The position numbers and the translations under genes are program-made. 64,000 nucleotides of DNA from Octopus sinensis (taxonomy: Eukaryota): assembly GCF_006345805.1 (NCBI RefSeq), contig NC_043003.1, forward strand, positions 29,450,001-29,514,000, read 5' to 3'. Positions within the stretch are counted from its first letter, which is position 1, and each line of letters begins with the position of its first letter. The notes beneath the pieces were generated by a model that worked only from the letters and a program-made list of their open reading frames with translations, did not search any database and was not told where the DNA came from. Below, piece by piece: positions 38,297 to 51,713 of this stretch.

Positions 38297-38566
38297 TTAC
38301 TGTCCAAGCAGTGGAAAGTGCACCAGAACCTGCATAATTATTTCCAGTACCGTGGTAAGTACAATACGCAAAAGTTGCAGCAGCTTCAGCACAAATCTGA
38401 TGTGAACCGGAAGAAAGCACACGACCTGAAGAGAACCATCGACGGCAACATCGATTCAATGACTTCCTATATTGATAAAGAGATTGCAGAGTCCATTCAG
38501 CGGAGCGTCAGGGTCAAAGAGAAGCGATATCAACTACCAAAAATTTCAACCCCAATAACCGGATGA
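38297..38566 (+). CDS. Terminal coding exon of the coiled-coil gene; LLSKQWKVHQNLHNYF...PKISTPITG*. The L-x-K-x-W-x2-H-x2-L-x3-F pattern resembles my recollection of CCDC178-like C-termini (not verified)
   Basis: tttttgcag acceptor ending 38296, phase 0, TGA at 38564-38566; the nine exons total 1236 nt = 411 aa + stop. Confidence 0.88.
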   Translation, partial: LLSKQWKVHQNLHNYFQYRGKYNTQKLQQLQHKSDVNRKKAHDLKRTIDGNIDSMTSYIDKEIAESIQRSVRVKEKRYQLPKISTPITG

Positions 38567-38785
38567 CAGAGTATATAGGTGTGTGTAATCTTGTGTGTAG
38601 TGTGTGTGTGTGTTTGTGTGCATATACATGTGTGTATATGTCCGTCAGTATGTGTGTGTCTGCATGTGTCTATCTGTATGTGTCACTCTGTGTACATTTG
38701 TATGCAGGCGTGTTTATAAGTATGTATGTATGCATGTATAATGATAATGATAATAATAATGATAATAATAATAATAATAATGATG

Positions 38786-38827
<42 letters not shown>

Positions 38828-39749
38828 GTTTCAAATTTTGGCACAAGGCCAGCAATTTTAAAGAAGAGGATAAGTTAAAATTTTTGAACCCAGCATTCAA
38901 CTGGTACTTATTTTACCAAACCTGAAAGGATGAAAGATAAAGTTGACCTCAGCAGAATTTGAACTCAGAACATAGAGATAGACAAAATGCCACAAAGCAT
39001 TTTGCCAGGCACAGCAATGATTCTGCCATCTCTCTGCCATAAAATAATAATATATACATACATACACACACGTGCTCACATTCATACACACATACATTTA
39101 ATACTTGTATGTTTAAAACAGTAATATCATATACTATACATAGCTTTTTGTTTATTTTGTGGTACACAAATATAAAATTGCTTAACACTGACATATTTTT
39201 ATTCATATGTATGATTAACATGATTATTTGAGCTGGAGTTTTGTTGTTACATTTTACATTTAGAATCACTGTGCATATCAGCAGTAAGAACTTAAATGAC
39301 TAGATAACTCATAATGGTTTAAATTGAGTTCACTTTACTTTCAGCTAATTTTCATTGCACTTGATTAAACAACAAAACAAAGCCTTTTGCTGTCATGTCA
39401 AAATCAATTTATTTCTTTTGTTTAAAATTGAAATAGAGTTGTACATGAAGTATCTCTTAAACACAAAAACTTACAGAATCCTACATAGTATAGTATTTCT
39501 GGAGGGTTATTCTGCCAATAAAAAAGCATGCACTGGTTATACATCACTTCAGTTTTATTACCACACAATTAGATAATGGATCGATTGATCTCAATTGATT
39601 AATTCATCAGTCTGTTGAGGTTCTTTCATCACTGTCTGTGACCTTATCAATGACTATGTGCCCCTCAAGCACCTCTTTCTTCTCAACATTTATTGCATGT
39701 TTATCTCTTCATCTTACATGACTTCAATCTATTTCTAAATGTTGAATCT

Positions 39750-40165
39750 TTTCTTATCTTATCTATGTAATGATGGCGGTCTCTCTTTTATCTCTTAATC
39801 TCCATATATATTTAGAAAGTGCTGTGACGTTCTCCAGCTGCCAATGATGGAATGAATCATTGTTACACTGGAACAAGCGACTTCTGAATGAATATTCTGC
39901 TAAACCTATATAGCCTGTCAATGGAAACATCAACATGGCTAATTTCTAGGCATTTACATTGTTGTAGGTACCACTGAATATTTCATAAATTTAATGCCAA
40001 CATCTTCCGTTCTCTGATTGTTTGCAATATCTTTTATCTTTGCAATGTGACTTCCAATTGCTCTTGCTGAGTCTTGCATGCAGATATAGCTTTCTTTTCT
40101 GTTGCTCTTGATGAACAGCTGGTGGAATTTGTGGCTGTTTGTGAAACATTTTCTGATCAAGGTAA
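39750..40165 (-). mobile_element. Penelope-like element relic (RT-EN linker and GIY-YIG endonuclease); small second fragment at about 40970-41030
   Basis: LIRKCFTNSHKFHQLF..SYICMQD..HIAKI linker and YIGLAEYSFRSRL..ENVTALSKYIWRLRDK motifs. Confidence 0.78.
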
Positions 40166-41479
40166 GAAAATGTTTTGTAACACTGCTTTTCTTTTTTACA
40201 TCTATGTTGTATGGTGAGTTATACCATATTACTTGTCTCTGCTGACTATTAGGTCAGTTGCTTGTCTTTTAGGTTTGATGAATATTTAATTCTTCTTCAA
40301 TACTGGTTGCATGTTAGTGCTCTGTGGAAGTATTCAGTGGCCCTATTAAAGATGGTGTCATTAAAGGACACTGTGCTTTTTATCCTGCCTGATGCTTGTA
40401 GATACAAGTGCATATGTAAGGCATGATGCTATTTGGTTCCTTAAAGGGCTTTGTAGAATTTTTAGTTTAAGTTTAACTCAAAGACTTTACAGCTAAAGTA
40501 AACTTTGTGAGATTAAAATATCAAGAAATTTTATTATTTTATGGTTACTTTTACTGATGCCCTTGGTTCATATTTATTTAATGTAATAATTTAATTAAAA
40601 GAAATGAAGAACGTTTAATTTATTAAATTTGTTAAATATATTCAAGGTTGAAATTATTCATACAGCCGTCATTAATAGCATTTCAGCTGTGACCATCCTA
40701 TGATTTTTTAGTGGCACCAAGGATCATCATCATAATTTAATATCCGGTTTCCATGTTAGTATGAGTTGGACAGTTTGACAGGATCCAACAAGTAGCAGGA
40801 CTGCATCAAGCCCCAATGTTAACTTTGGCGTGGTTTTTACAGCTGATTTTTTCCATTGTACCTACAATACCCTTGCATACAATTTCAAGCAGATGAGTTG
40901 CTTGTTATTATACACACACTCTTTGATGTAAAATACTTTTAAGTTCTTTGTTCAACTAAACATTATTGAATTCCAGCATCTTCCATTCTCTGATTGTTTG
41001 CAATATTTTTTATCTTTTCAATGTTATTGTTGTTGCTGTTGTTGTTGTTGTTGTTTTGTCTAAGGGATAATTACAAGTATGAAGAAAACTCTGATTATAA
41101 GGAAATCCTCAGCTTTGAACAGATAAAATCTGCCACATATACCAAGTACTTTTCTTTAGTTTGTATATCCGACTGTGTGAATGTAAACTTTGTGGTAATT
41201 ATAAAATTTTGGCTCATATGTATGAATATTCAATTTTTCCAATTGTAGATATTGTTGAAAAACGTATATGATGAAAGTTGTTTATAAGAGGATGAGGTTG
41301 TAAATAAAAATGTCAAATAACAAGGAAATAAGAAAATTATATTTACCACTCCACAAATATTTTATTGATTTGATTATTTTGATGTGTACAATATGTTTTA
41401 GTCAATGATTCACTTGTTATTCTATGTTACGTTATTTGCTATTATAAATGTTTTACCTCATTTTGCAAATTTTGTACAT

Positions 41480-42306
41480 GTATATGAGGTAGTATAGTCA
41501 CTTTGCACAACAATACACCAGTCCTAGCATTCCTACCCCTTTTGAAGACTGGCCAGGGAGTTGTTTTTGTAAGGCGGTCGGGGACCTTCTGCAGCTTGCT
41601 CTAGATCTCAACAACAGTGTTAAAACATCAACCTTTGAGCTGCATTTTCATCTTGAGAAAGAAATGGAAGTTTGCAGGTGCTAAATATGGCAAATAGGGT
41701 GAGTGTGGAAGTGATACTATGTTATTTTTAATGAGAAATTCACAACTGAGGAGAGCTTGGTTACAGGGTGCATTGTTGTCATGAAGAATCCAAATCTTCA
41801 TACTCCACAGATCCAATTGCTTTCACCAAATCTCCTCCTTCAAACACTTCAAAATATTGCAGTAGAACCCTCAATTGATGATCTGTCCCTTGGGGATGAA
41901 TTCTTGATGCACAATACCACATCTCTGAAGGTGACACTTGTGGCAGGTCTTCCAGCAATGTTCATCCACTTTTGAAGTGACTGTGTCACTTGAAACATTG
42001 TGTATGACCCATTGCCTCATTGCCTTAAGCTTTCCAAAGCATGCTCAGTAGTAGACTTCCCATGTTTAAAACAAAATTTTATGCTGGCTGTTTGTTCCAA
42101 CTTCCTGTCCAAGACAAGATCGCAGACTACAGCATACATGTGATCACAAAAACTCAAATTTCACAACTTGCAAAGTAAACACAGTAATGTCACTTGGCAT
42201 ACTCCCTCATGAAGTTCACTGCTACCTCTCACTGTGCATGCAACCATGTGCTGCTATTTGTTGGTGCACTACAGAACTAGTCTTGGAACTTTTTGATACC
42301 ACCTTG
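41480..42306 (-). mobile_element. Degenerate mariner element
   Basis: WILHDNNAPC, PHSPYLPYLAPANF motifs; TIR-like end ggaactttttgataccaccttgta. Confidence 0.78.
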
Positions 42307-42767
42307 TATGTATTCAAAACTACCAAAACATATATGCATACTTACACATGGGTACATGATTTTACAAATGGGTTACATACATTTTCTGAAGGTTTTCACA
42401 GAACAACAGGTTTAGTTTATGCAAAAGCTGTGCATTTACAGCATATTTAACATATTCCATGCAAAAGCTGCAAATGTATATAGTAAGCATTATTATTCAT
42501 ATTCACTGCAGAAGTTCCTAAAAGACAATAATTCTTGTACACACATGAGAAGGCACCAACACATTTTGGCCTTCTGAATTTTTTGTCTGTAATTTCAAAT
42601 TATTTCTACTTTTTGTTCTGCTTAAATCAAGAAAGATATGCATGATATCTTATAAGTTGAATATAAAAGGTAATAGTAAAATATTTGAAGTAGAATAACT
42701 AGTTGTGGAATAACTGAAATACAAATACATACATTGTATTAATATATATTGATGACACAGAGCATAT

Positions 42768-42853
<86 letters not shown>

Positions 42854-42979
42854 TCATCATCATTCAACGTCCGCTTTCCATGCTAGCATGGGTTGGACGG
42901 TTCAACTGGGGTCTGGGGAGCCCGAAAGCTGCACCAGTCCAGTCAGATCTGGCGGTGTTTCTACAGCTGGATGCCCTTC

Positions 42980-45388
42980 CTAACGCCAACCACTCCGAGA
43001 GTGTAGTGGGTGATTTTATGTGCCACCGACACAGGTGCCAGATGAGGCTGGCAAACGGCCACGCTCGGATGGTGTTTTTATGTGCCACCGACACAGGTGC
43101 CAGACGAGGCTGGCAGACGGCCACGCTCGGATGGTGTTTTTATGTGCCACCGATACAGGTGCCAGATGAGGCTGGCAAACGGCCACGATCGGATGGTGCT
43201 TGTTACGTGCCCACAGCACGGAGGCCAGTCGATGCGGTACTGGCTACGGCCACGTTCGGATGGTTTTATTGTGTGCCACGTGCCACCGGCACTGGTACCA
43301 CAAAGATACAAATTCCATTGATGTTCATCTATTTTGATTTGTTTTGATTTTGATTTTCACTTGCCTCAACAGGTCTTCACAAGTGTCACAAGAAGGAAGG
43401 TATGCACAGGTGGACTGACTACGTCCTAGGTAGGGGCCATGGGTTATGGCCTGACTAGTCTTGCCGGGTCTTCGGATGGTGTTTTTATGTGCCACCGACA
43501 CAGGTGCTAGATGAGGCTGGCGAACGGCCACGATCGGATGGTGTTTGTCATGTGCCCACCGCACTGACTACAGCACTGATGGATTTCTTGTGTGCCACAG
43601 GCATTGGTACCACAAGATACAAATTCCATTGATGTTCATCTATTTTGTCTATTTTGATTTGATTTGATTTGATTTGATTTGATTTGATTGATTTGATTTT
43701 CACTTGCCTCAACCGGTCTTCACAAGTGTCACAAGAAGGAAGGTATGCACAGGTGGACTGACTAGTCTTGCCGGGTCTTCGGAAGGTGTTTTTATGTGCC
43801 ACCGACACAGGTGCCAGATGAGGCTGGCGAACGGCCATGATCGGATGGTGTTTGTTACGTGCCCACAGCACGGAGGCCGGTCGATGCGGAACTGGCTACG
43901 GCCACGTTCGGATGGTTCTCATGTGTGCCACCGGCACTGGTACCACAAAGTGTGTGCCACCGGCACTGGTACCACAAAGATACAGATTCCATTGATGTTC
44001 ATCTATTTTGATTTGTTTTGATTTTGATTTTGATTTTCACTTGCCTCAACAGGTCTTCACAAGTGTCACAAGAAGGAAGGTATGCACAGGTGGACTGACT
44101 ACGTCCCAGGTAGGGGCCATGGGTTATGGCCTGACTAGTCTTGCCGGGTCTTCGGATGGTGTTTTTATGTGCCACCGACACAGGTGCTAGATGAGGCTGG
44201 CGAACGGCCACGATCGGATGGTGTTTGTCATGTGCCCACAGCACGGAGGCCAGTCGATGCGGTACTGGCTACGGCCACTTTCGGATGTGCCCACAGCACG
44301 GAGGCCAGTCGATGCGGTACTGGCTACGGCCACTTTCGGATGGTCTTCTCTTGTGTGCCACCGGCACTGGTACCACAAAGATACAAATTCCATTGATGTT
44401 CATCTATTTTGATTTTTTTTTGATTTGTTTTGATTTGATTTTGATTTTGATTTTCACTTGCCTCAACAGGCCTTCACAAGTATCACAAGGAGGAAGGTAT
44501 GCACAGGTGGACTGACTACGTCCCAGGTAAGGGCCACGGGTTATGGCCTGACTAGTCTTGCCGGGTCTTCGGATGGTGTTTTTATGTGCCACCGACACAA
44601 GTGCTAGATGAGGCTGGCAAACGGCCACGACCGGATGGTGTTTGTTATGTGCCCACAGCACGATGGCCAGTGATGCGGTACTGACTACGGCCATGTTCGA
44701 ATGGATTCTTGTGTGCCACCGGCACTGGTACCACAAGCGGTACTGACTACTTTTTATGTGCCACTGACACAGGTGCTAGATGAGGCTGGCGAACGGCCAC
44801 GACCGGATGGTGTTTGTTATGTGCCCACAGCACGATGGCCAGTGATGCGGTACTGACTACGGCCACGTTCGGATGGATTCTTGTGTGCCACCGGCACTGG
44901 TACCACAAGCGGTACTGACTACGGCCACGTTCGGATGGATTCTTGTGTGCCACCGGCACTGGTACCACAAAGATACAAATTCCATTGATGTTCATCTATT
45001 TTGATTTGTTTTGATTTTCACTTGCCTCAACAGGTCTTCACAAGTGTCACAAGAAGGAAGGTATGTACAGGTGGACTGACTACGTCCCAGGTAGGGCCCA
45101 CGGGTTATGACCTGACTAGTCTTGCCGGGTCTTCGGATGGTGTTTTTATGTGCCACTATGTTCCCACAGCACGGAGGCCAGTCGATGCGGTACTGGCTAC
45201 GGCCACGACCGGATGGTTTTCTTGTGTGCCACAGGCACTGGTACCACAAAGATACAAATTCCATTGATGTTCATCTATTTTGATTGATTTTCACTTGCCT
45301 CAGCAGGTCTTCACAAGTGTCACAAGAAGGAAGGTATGCACAGGTGGATCGACTACGTCCCAGGTAGGGGCCACGGGATATGGCCTGA
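42980..45388 (-). repeat. Higher-order tandem array of RTE 3'-UTR modules
   Basis: Marker ttcacttgcctc at 43356, 43699, 44036, 44453, 45017, 45290; internal ~60-bp subrepeats and (AAATC)n. Confidence 0.9.
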
Positions 45389-47286
45389 CTAGTCCTGCCG
45401 GGTCCTCTCATGCACAGCACACTTCCATAGGACTCGGTCTTCAGTCATTTCCTTGGTGAGACCTAAAGTTCGAAGGTCGTGCTTCACCACCTCGTCCCAG
45501 GTTTTCCTGGGTCTACCTCTTCCACAGGTTCCCTCAACTGCTAGGGTGTAGCACTTTTGCACACAACTATCTTCAGCCATTCTCGTCACATGACCATACC
45601 AGCGCAGCCTTCTCTCTTGCACACCACAACTGACACTTCTTAGGTTCAACTTTTCTCTCAAAGTACTTACACTCTGACGATTATGAACACTGACATTACA
45701 CATCCATCGGAGCATACTGGCTTCATTTCTTGCAAGCTTACGCATATCCTCAGCTGTCACGGCCCATGTTTCACTACCATGTAGCATGGCTGTATGTACA
45801 CACGCATCATATAGTCTGCCTTTTACTCTTAGCGAGAGGCCTTTTGTCACCAGCAGGGGTAAGAGCTCTCTAAACTTTGCCCAGGCTATTCTTACTCTAG
45901 CAGTAACACTTTCAGCACACCCACCCCCGCTACTGACTTGGTCTCCTAGGTAGCGGAAGCTATCAACTACTTCTAGTTTGTCTCCCTGGAACGTGGTAGA
46001 AGTTGGTCTCTGCACATTTCCAGTGTTTATTTCTCTTGAGCATCTGCCACAGACAAAAACTATTTTCTTAGTTAGCCTTCCTTTGACATTGCTGCACCTC
46101 TTATGTCTCCATAGCTTACACTTGGTGCACCTTATAGAGTTTCTACCTACACCTTTTTTACAGATCGAGCAGGGCCATCTACCTGAAGTCGTTTGTGGTT
46201 GGTCCACCTTCCTACTTATTAGGACTTTGGTTTTGGCTAGGTTGATTCTAAGGCCCTTCGATTCTAATCCTTGTTTCCACACCTGAAACTTCTCCTCCAG
46301 TTCTGATAGTGACTCAGCAATTAGAGCAAGGTCATCAGCATATAGGAGCTCCCAGGGGCATCCTGTCTTAAATTCTTCCGTTATTGCCTGGAGGACTATG
46401 ATAAATAGGAGGGGGCTGAGGACTGAACCTTGGTGGACCCCAACCTCTACCCGGAATTCTTCACTGTACTCGTTGCCAACCCTCACCTTACTAGCTGCGT
46501 CTCTGTACATGGCTCGCACAGCTCTCAGTAACCATTCATCTATCCCTAGTTTCCTCATTGACCACCAGATAAGGGATCGGGGGACCCTGTCAAAGGCTTT
46601 CTCTAAGTCAACAAAAGCCAGGTACAAGGGCTTACCTTTGGCTAGGTATTTCTCCTGCAGCTGTCTTACCAGGAATATAGCATCAGTAGTACTTTTCCCT
46701 GGCACGAACCCAAACTGCATATCATCTAAGCTAACTCTCTCTCTAATTAACTGGGCTATAACCCTCTCCGTAACCTTCATTACCTGATCCAACAGCTTGA
46801 TGCCCCTGTAGTTATTTGTATCTAGGGCATCGCCTTTACCTTTGTAGCAGTTGACTATTATGCTGCTACACCAGTCATTGGGTATGACTCCTTCGTGTAT
46901 CACCTGGTTAACTATACGGGTGACTATGCTATAGCCGACACTACCAGATATTTTGAGCATCTCTGCAGTAATTCCTGATGGGCCTGGGGCTTTCCCTGTC
47001 TTCATGCTTCTAATTGCCTTAGCTACCACGGAACTATCAACTCGGATAGCTGGTCCCTCTGTTGGGTCAACATTCGGCAGACTCTCTTTATCCCATTCAT
47101 TTTCCTCATTCAGCAACCTTTCATAGTGGCGTCTCCAAGCTTCTCTCTTTGCATCCTCATTTAGCGCAAGTGAGCCATCCTCCATGCAAACACATTTCTC
47201 TCCTACCACATCTCGATTCTCTCTCACACACTGTCTTGCAACACGAAATACCTCAAGTCTTTCATCCTCACGGCGCAGGACATTGG

Positions 47287-47289
<3 letters not shown>
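45389..47289 (-). CDS. RTE-clade reverse transcriptase (endonuclease lost by truncation) with an inserted PHD-type zinc finger
   Basis: KAPGPSGI, NYRGI, QFGF, DLEKAFD, GVHQGS, LLYADD, LRWYGH, GRGRPRKTW motifs; ~633 codons without a stop. Confidence 0.93.
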
Positions 47290-47323
<34 letters not shown>

Positions 47324-48840
47324 TTGATGAGATTTACTGGTGAGAAAATAAAGTGAAAATTAATTTGGTCATCAGAATTTATGAAAATAAAGACATTAGT
47401 TGAGCAGTATGAGATGAAGATGACAGCAGAATGAGCTTTTGAATATAAAGCTTTTTTTAAAAAATGACTTCAGTCCATGAAAAATAATTTGGAGCTTGTG
47501 CACAATGATTTAGAAAGTAAATCAAAAAGTGGGACAAATTCAACAGCTTCAAATGGTTGTTACATGAAAAAAATATTTCTGCAAATTTATGTAGCATATT
47601 ACATATATGTTGGTTTCAAATTTTTGTACAAGGCCAGCAATTTTGGGGCAGAGGATAAGTCAATTACATCAACCCTAATGCTCAACTGGTGCTTATTTTA
47701 TTGATCCCAAAGTTGACTCCAGCAGTATTTGAACTCAGAATGTATATAATTGGGAAAATGCCACTAATCATTTTGCCCAACACAGTAATGATTCTTTCAT
47801 ACTATATGTATTGACAACAAATAAAAATGAATAATTTAGTGGGACAAATGTGTGTGTGCGCGCACATGCATGCATGCATGTGTGAGATAACATTCAATCC
47901 ATCTGAGCATAGGAATGCAGAAATATCCTTGGTTGTTGTAAAACCACCAGCAGTGAGGGATTCCTAGCTATTGTCACAGCATCCTTCTAGGAGGACAACA
48001 CAAAAAGAATAAAGTTCACTCAGTGAAAGAGGAGCTTAGACTTGCAACATATACGATGACCTCACTTGTGCCAGTATCAAGTGGGAAAAACACTCAATAG
48101 ATTATGTAAAGTGGTTGACATCCACCCATAGAAACCACATCAAAGGAGATGTTAGAGCACAAAACAGTCTTCAAACCTGTTGGATCCTGTCAAAATGTTT
48201 GAAGATAAATCAACATTGAAGACAGATGAAGAGGGTAATGATGATGATTTATATATATATATATATATATACACATACATAGACAGACACACACAGACAC
48301 ATGTATATATATATAAATAGAGAGGAAGAGAGAGAGATTATGATGCAAAAAAACAAGTAAAACTGTTAACTGTTAGATATACAAAATATACATACATGTT
48401 TACATGTAAATAGAGAGAAAGCAAAGACTGAAAATTTTCAGACGATAAGCATTCCTGTATAAATATATAGATATTTATATATCAACAGAGCAAACAGAGT
48501 ACAAAGGCACAAAAATTTTGAAGGGGAGAAAGTATGGTGTTACAGGTGTGACAGCTATTTCTGTGGGGCTCAGAATTATTACATAATGTTGGTAGGTGTG
48601 GTTCACAAAAATATGCAACCAGTAGCGGAAGCATATAAACATTGAGTAGATCTGCCTCCATCTTCAGTGTGGAGAGATAGATATCTGGAGATATTTAGTA
48701 TAGAAATACTATTTTCTATATTGAGCATCTCTGGATCACATCTGTTGACTCTCTATCTCTGTTTGTCTGTCTGTCTCTCTCTCTCTCTTTCTCTCTCTCT
48801 GTATATATTTATTTATATTTATAAATAAATATATACATAG

Positions 48841-49115
48841 TCATTACATTCCTTTACTGGAGTAATTTTGGCTTACAGTTGTTTCCAGTAATCATTATAG
48901 GTTTGTTACTGACAGGTTTACTCAATTAGTCTATTGATCAGGTGAGAAAAGTTGAACGGCCTAAAACATTAATGCTACTTTCATCAGGGCTATTCTTTAA
49001 CTGATCAATGGACCAATTGATTAAACCTATCAATAATGAATCTATAAACATTTGGAAACATACCGGAAACAGCTATAAGCCAAATTTCCTCCAATAAAGG
49101 AAAAATATGTAATGA
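48841..49115. mobile_element. Diverged foldback element with ggaaacagct-type arms (Penelope-like)
   Basis: tcattacattcctttactggag..ggcttacagttgtttcc mirrored by ggaaacagctataagcc..ccaataaagg..tgtaatga. Confidence 0.65.
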
Positions 49116-50029
49116 CAGTTATTTATACCTTGTCTTATATATCACTTCATGTAAAAACCTGTATAACTGGAGTGCAACCATGGATTTAAAGAATGGTATG
49201 GTGATGAACTATTACCTTGGACCCTGCCATAAGACTACTTGAAGTTCTTTACTAATCTAAACAATATTGTTTACCTGGTGTGCTAACAGAGGAGCTTATG
49301 AAGTGTTTTCCCCTGAATTAATAATCTGTCACTAATAACTCTGTTTTGTATGTGTGTGTTCAGGAAGGATTCTGACCACCCCACCAAGTGACTAAAAGTG
49401 GACTGACACATTGTTATAATATAAAGCATTGCGAACAATTGAGAGTAAGCAGTTTACTGTAAGTTGTTGGCAGAGAGCATTTAACTTCCTGTAGCAGTAA
49501 TAGTCGTGTGTTATGCAAATACTTTCTTTCCCTCTATTTCGTTAAATTAATTATCCAACATCAGGATATAAAAATATATATCAAAGAAGAAATCTACCGA
49601 GAAATATGGAATTGGTGTGAATAGAACTCAGAGTACAAAGATTCACATCAATACTATCTATCTGATGCTCTAAAAACTCCACCTATTTACCTATAAGCCT
49701 GCATCTTTTGTATGCATATATGCATGTATGCATGCATGCATGCATGCATGTATGTATGTATGTATGTATGTATGTATGTACGTATGTACGTATGTATGTA
49801 TGTATGTGCTAAGTTTAAGCCATCTTGGCCCAGTTTAACATTACCCAATCCTTGTGTACCTTTAGTGGAGACCATTCTGATATAAATGTTTGAGCTAGGT
49901 CACTGGCCTGAGGATAACTTCCTACCCCTGCCACTAATGGATACCCCTCCTTCTCTGACCAATCCATATAAGAATGTATGTATATTTATGTATAGATGAT
50001 TCTTCTGTATAAAGGTGTGTAGATGTTTT

Positions 50030-50410
50030 ATGAATAGCAAATAACGATAATGATGAACAACGATGTTAATGATGCATAGATGACACCATTGCAGCTGCTG
50101 CTGTTGTTGGTAGTGGTGATAATGATGATGATGATGAGGAGGAGGAGGAGGAGGAGGATGATGTTGATGATGATGATGATGTTGACAACAACTACAACAA
50201 TGATGATGATGACAACGACAGTGATGGTGGTGGTGTGAGGGTGATAGTGATGCCTGGCTGATGGTGGGTGTAGTGATGTTGGGTATGGTAGCGAAGGTGT
50301 CGCCAGAGGTGAAGATGATGATGGTGACATCAATGATGATGATGAGGATGAGGATGGTGAGGATGACGACGATGCTGACGGCGATGACGATGATGATAGT
50401 GTGATGTATG
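50030..50410. repeat. Compound (GAT)n/(GAG)n/(GGT)n trinucleotide tract
   Basis: Direct reading. Confidence 0.85.
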
Positions 50411-51313
50411 GATGACACCAGCTATTTATTCATAGCCAAAATTATGGCTGACAAACATTGTACAATTACATCCTTGTTACGCTTGTTGCAGTTGTTGTTG
50501 TTCTTATTGTTGTTACTGTTATTATTGGTGTTAGTATCTGTTGTTGTTGTTGTTATCATAGTAGTTAATTGTTGTTATTGTTTATTTGTTTGTTATGTTA
50601 TTGCAGAGCTCTTAAAGATATTACTGGCCCAGGTAGGGTAAGGGTAAGGTTAGGGTTAGATTCCGGGGGGGGGGGAGTTGGACTGTTGAGTGAGGGGTTC
50701 CTTCTTCCCAACCCTGCCCCCTTCTCTCACTTCACAACTTCAGTAATGACGTCAATTCTCCTCCTGCTCCCCTTGTAACAGACATCCATTGTATAAGTAC
50801 ATCTCTTACTCTTACACACACACACACATACACACACATGCATATACACTCAAGTCCCACCCACTCCTATCAGCAATCTTGGGATGGAATATATTTTTGT
50901 CTTTAATCAAAGGAATTTTTATTCTTATTTCACCTATTTTCAAATTTTGGTGCTTCCATCTCCACCTACACACTTCTAATGCCTCCTGTAAACGCCCCCT
51001 GTCTCTCTCTATCTCTCTCCCTTTCTCTCTCCCTTTCTCTCTCCCTATCTCTCTCCCTATCTCTCTCCCTTACGTTCTCTGCCCCCTCCCCCGCCCTTCT
51101 CTCTCTCTTTTACACTGCAACAGTATGATGAATATATCTTAAAATCTTCGTTAATTACTTAGCGATGGAAAACGAAAAGTAATGCTGACCATCAAGCATC
51201 CCTTATCCAACCAACTCCTCCATCTTTTCCATCCCTCTTTGGAGCCACATGTCACACCCAGCCAGCAAACCCTAAAACAGGCAAGTCTTTTGTTATATTT
51301 GCCATTCACCATT

Positions 51314-51346
<33 letters not shown>

Positions 51347-51562
51347 GCATGCACGCACTCACGTGCGTGCATGCACAGAGGTATTCTCCCTCGTTCTCAG
51401 TTTTTCACTCTCCCTATCACTCAAGATATCAATGTGTGTGTGTGTGTATGTGTTTCTATATTGCTCTCTCTTTATTTTTACTTCTATCTAATCTTCATCT
51501 ATTCTTCCATCATATGTATGTATGTATGTATGTATGTTCGTTTGCATATATATGTATATCTA

Positions 51563-51629
<67 letters not shown>

Positions 51630-51663
51630 AAATGGATTGCATGGAAATACACCCACTCTTTTG

Positions 51664-51713
<50 letters not shown>

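Larger units (their letters stand above)
42851..47289 (-). mobile_element. Young 5'-truncated RTE LINE with an expanded 3' UTR, inserted in (TA)n
   Basis: Uninterrupted RT ORF, 3' UTR 45388-42851 ending in (TGA)n, (TA)n on both flanks. Confidence 0.95.

Noticed and set aside
40084-40415. Plus-strand exon-like segments with gtaag donors at 40162 and 40416
   Set aside because: No frame continues across the junction, and the first segment is antisense Penelope sequence.
42980-45388. ~60-bp recurring units that superficially resemble a CRISPR array
   Set aside because: No unique spacers, eukaryotic context, and the units are RTE 3'-UTR subrepeats.
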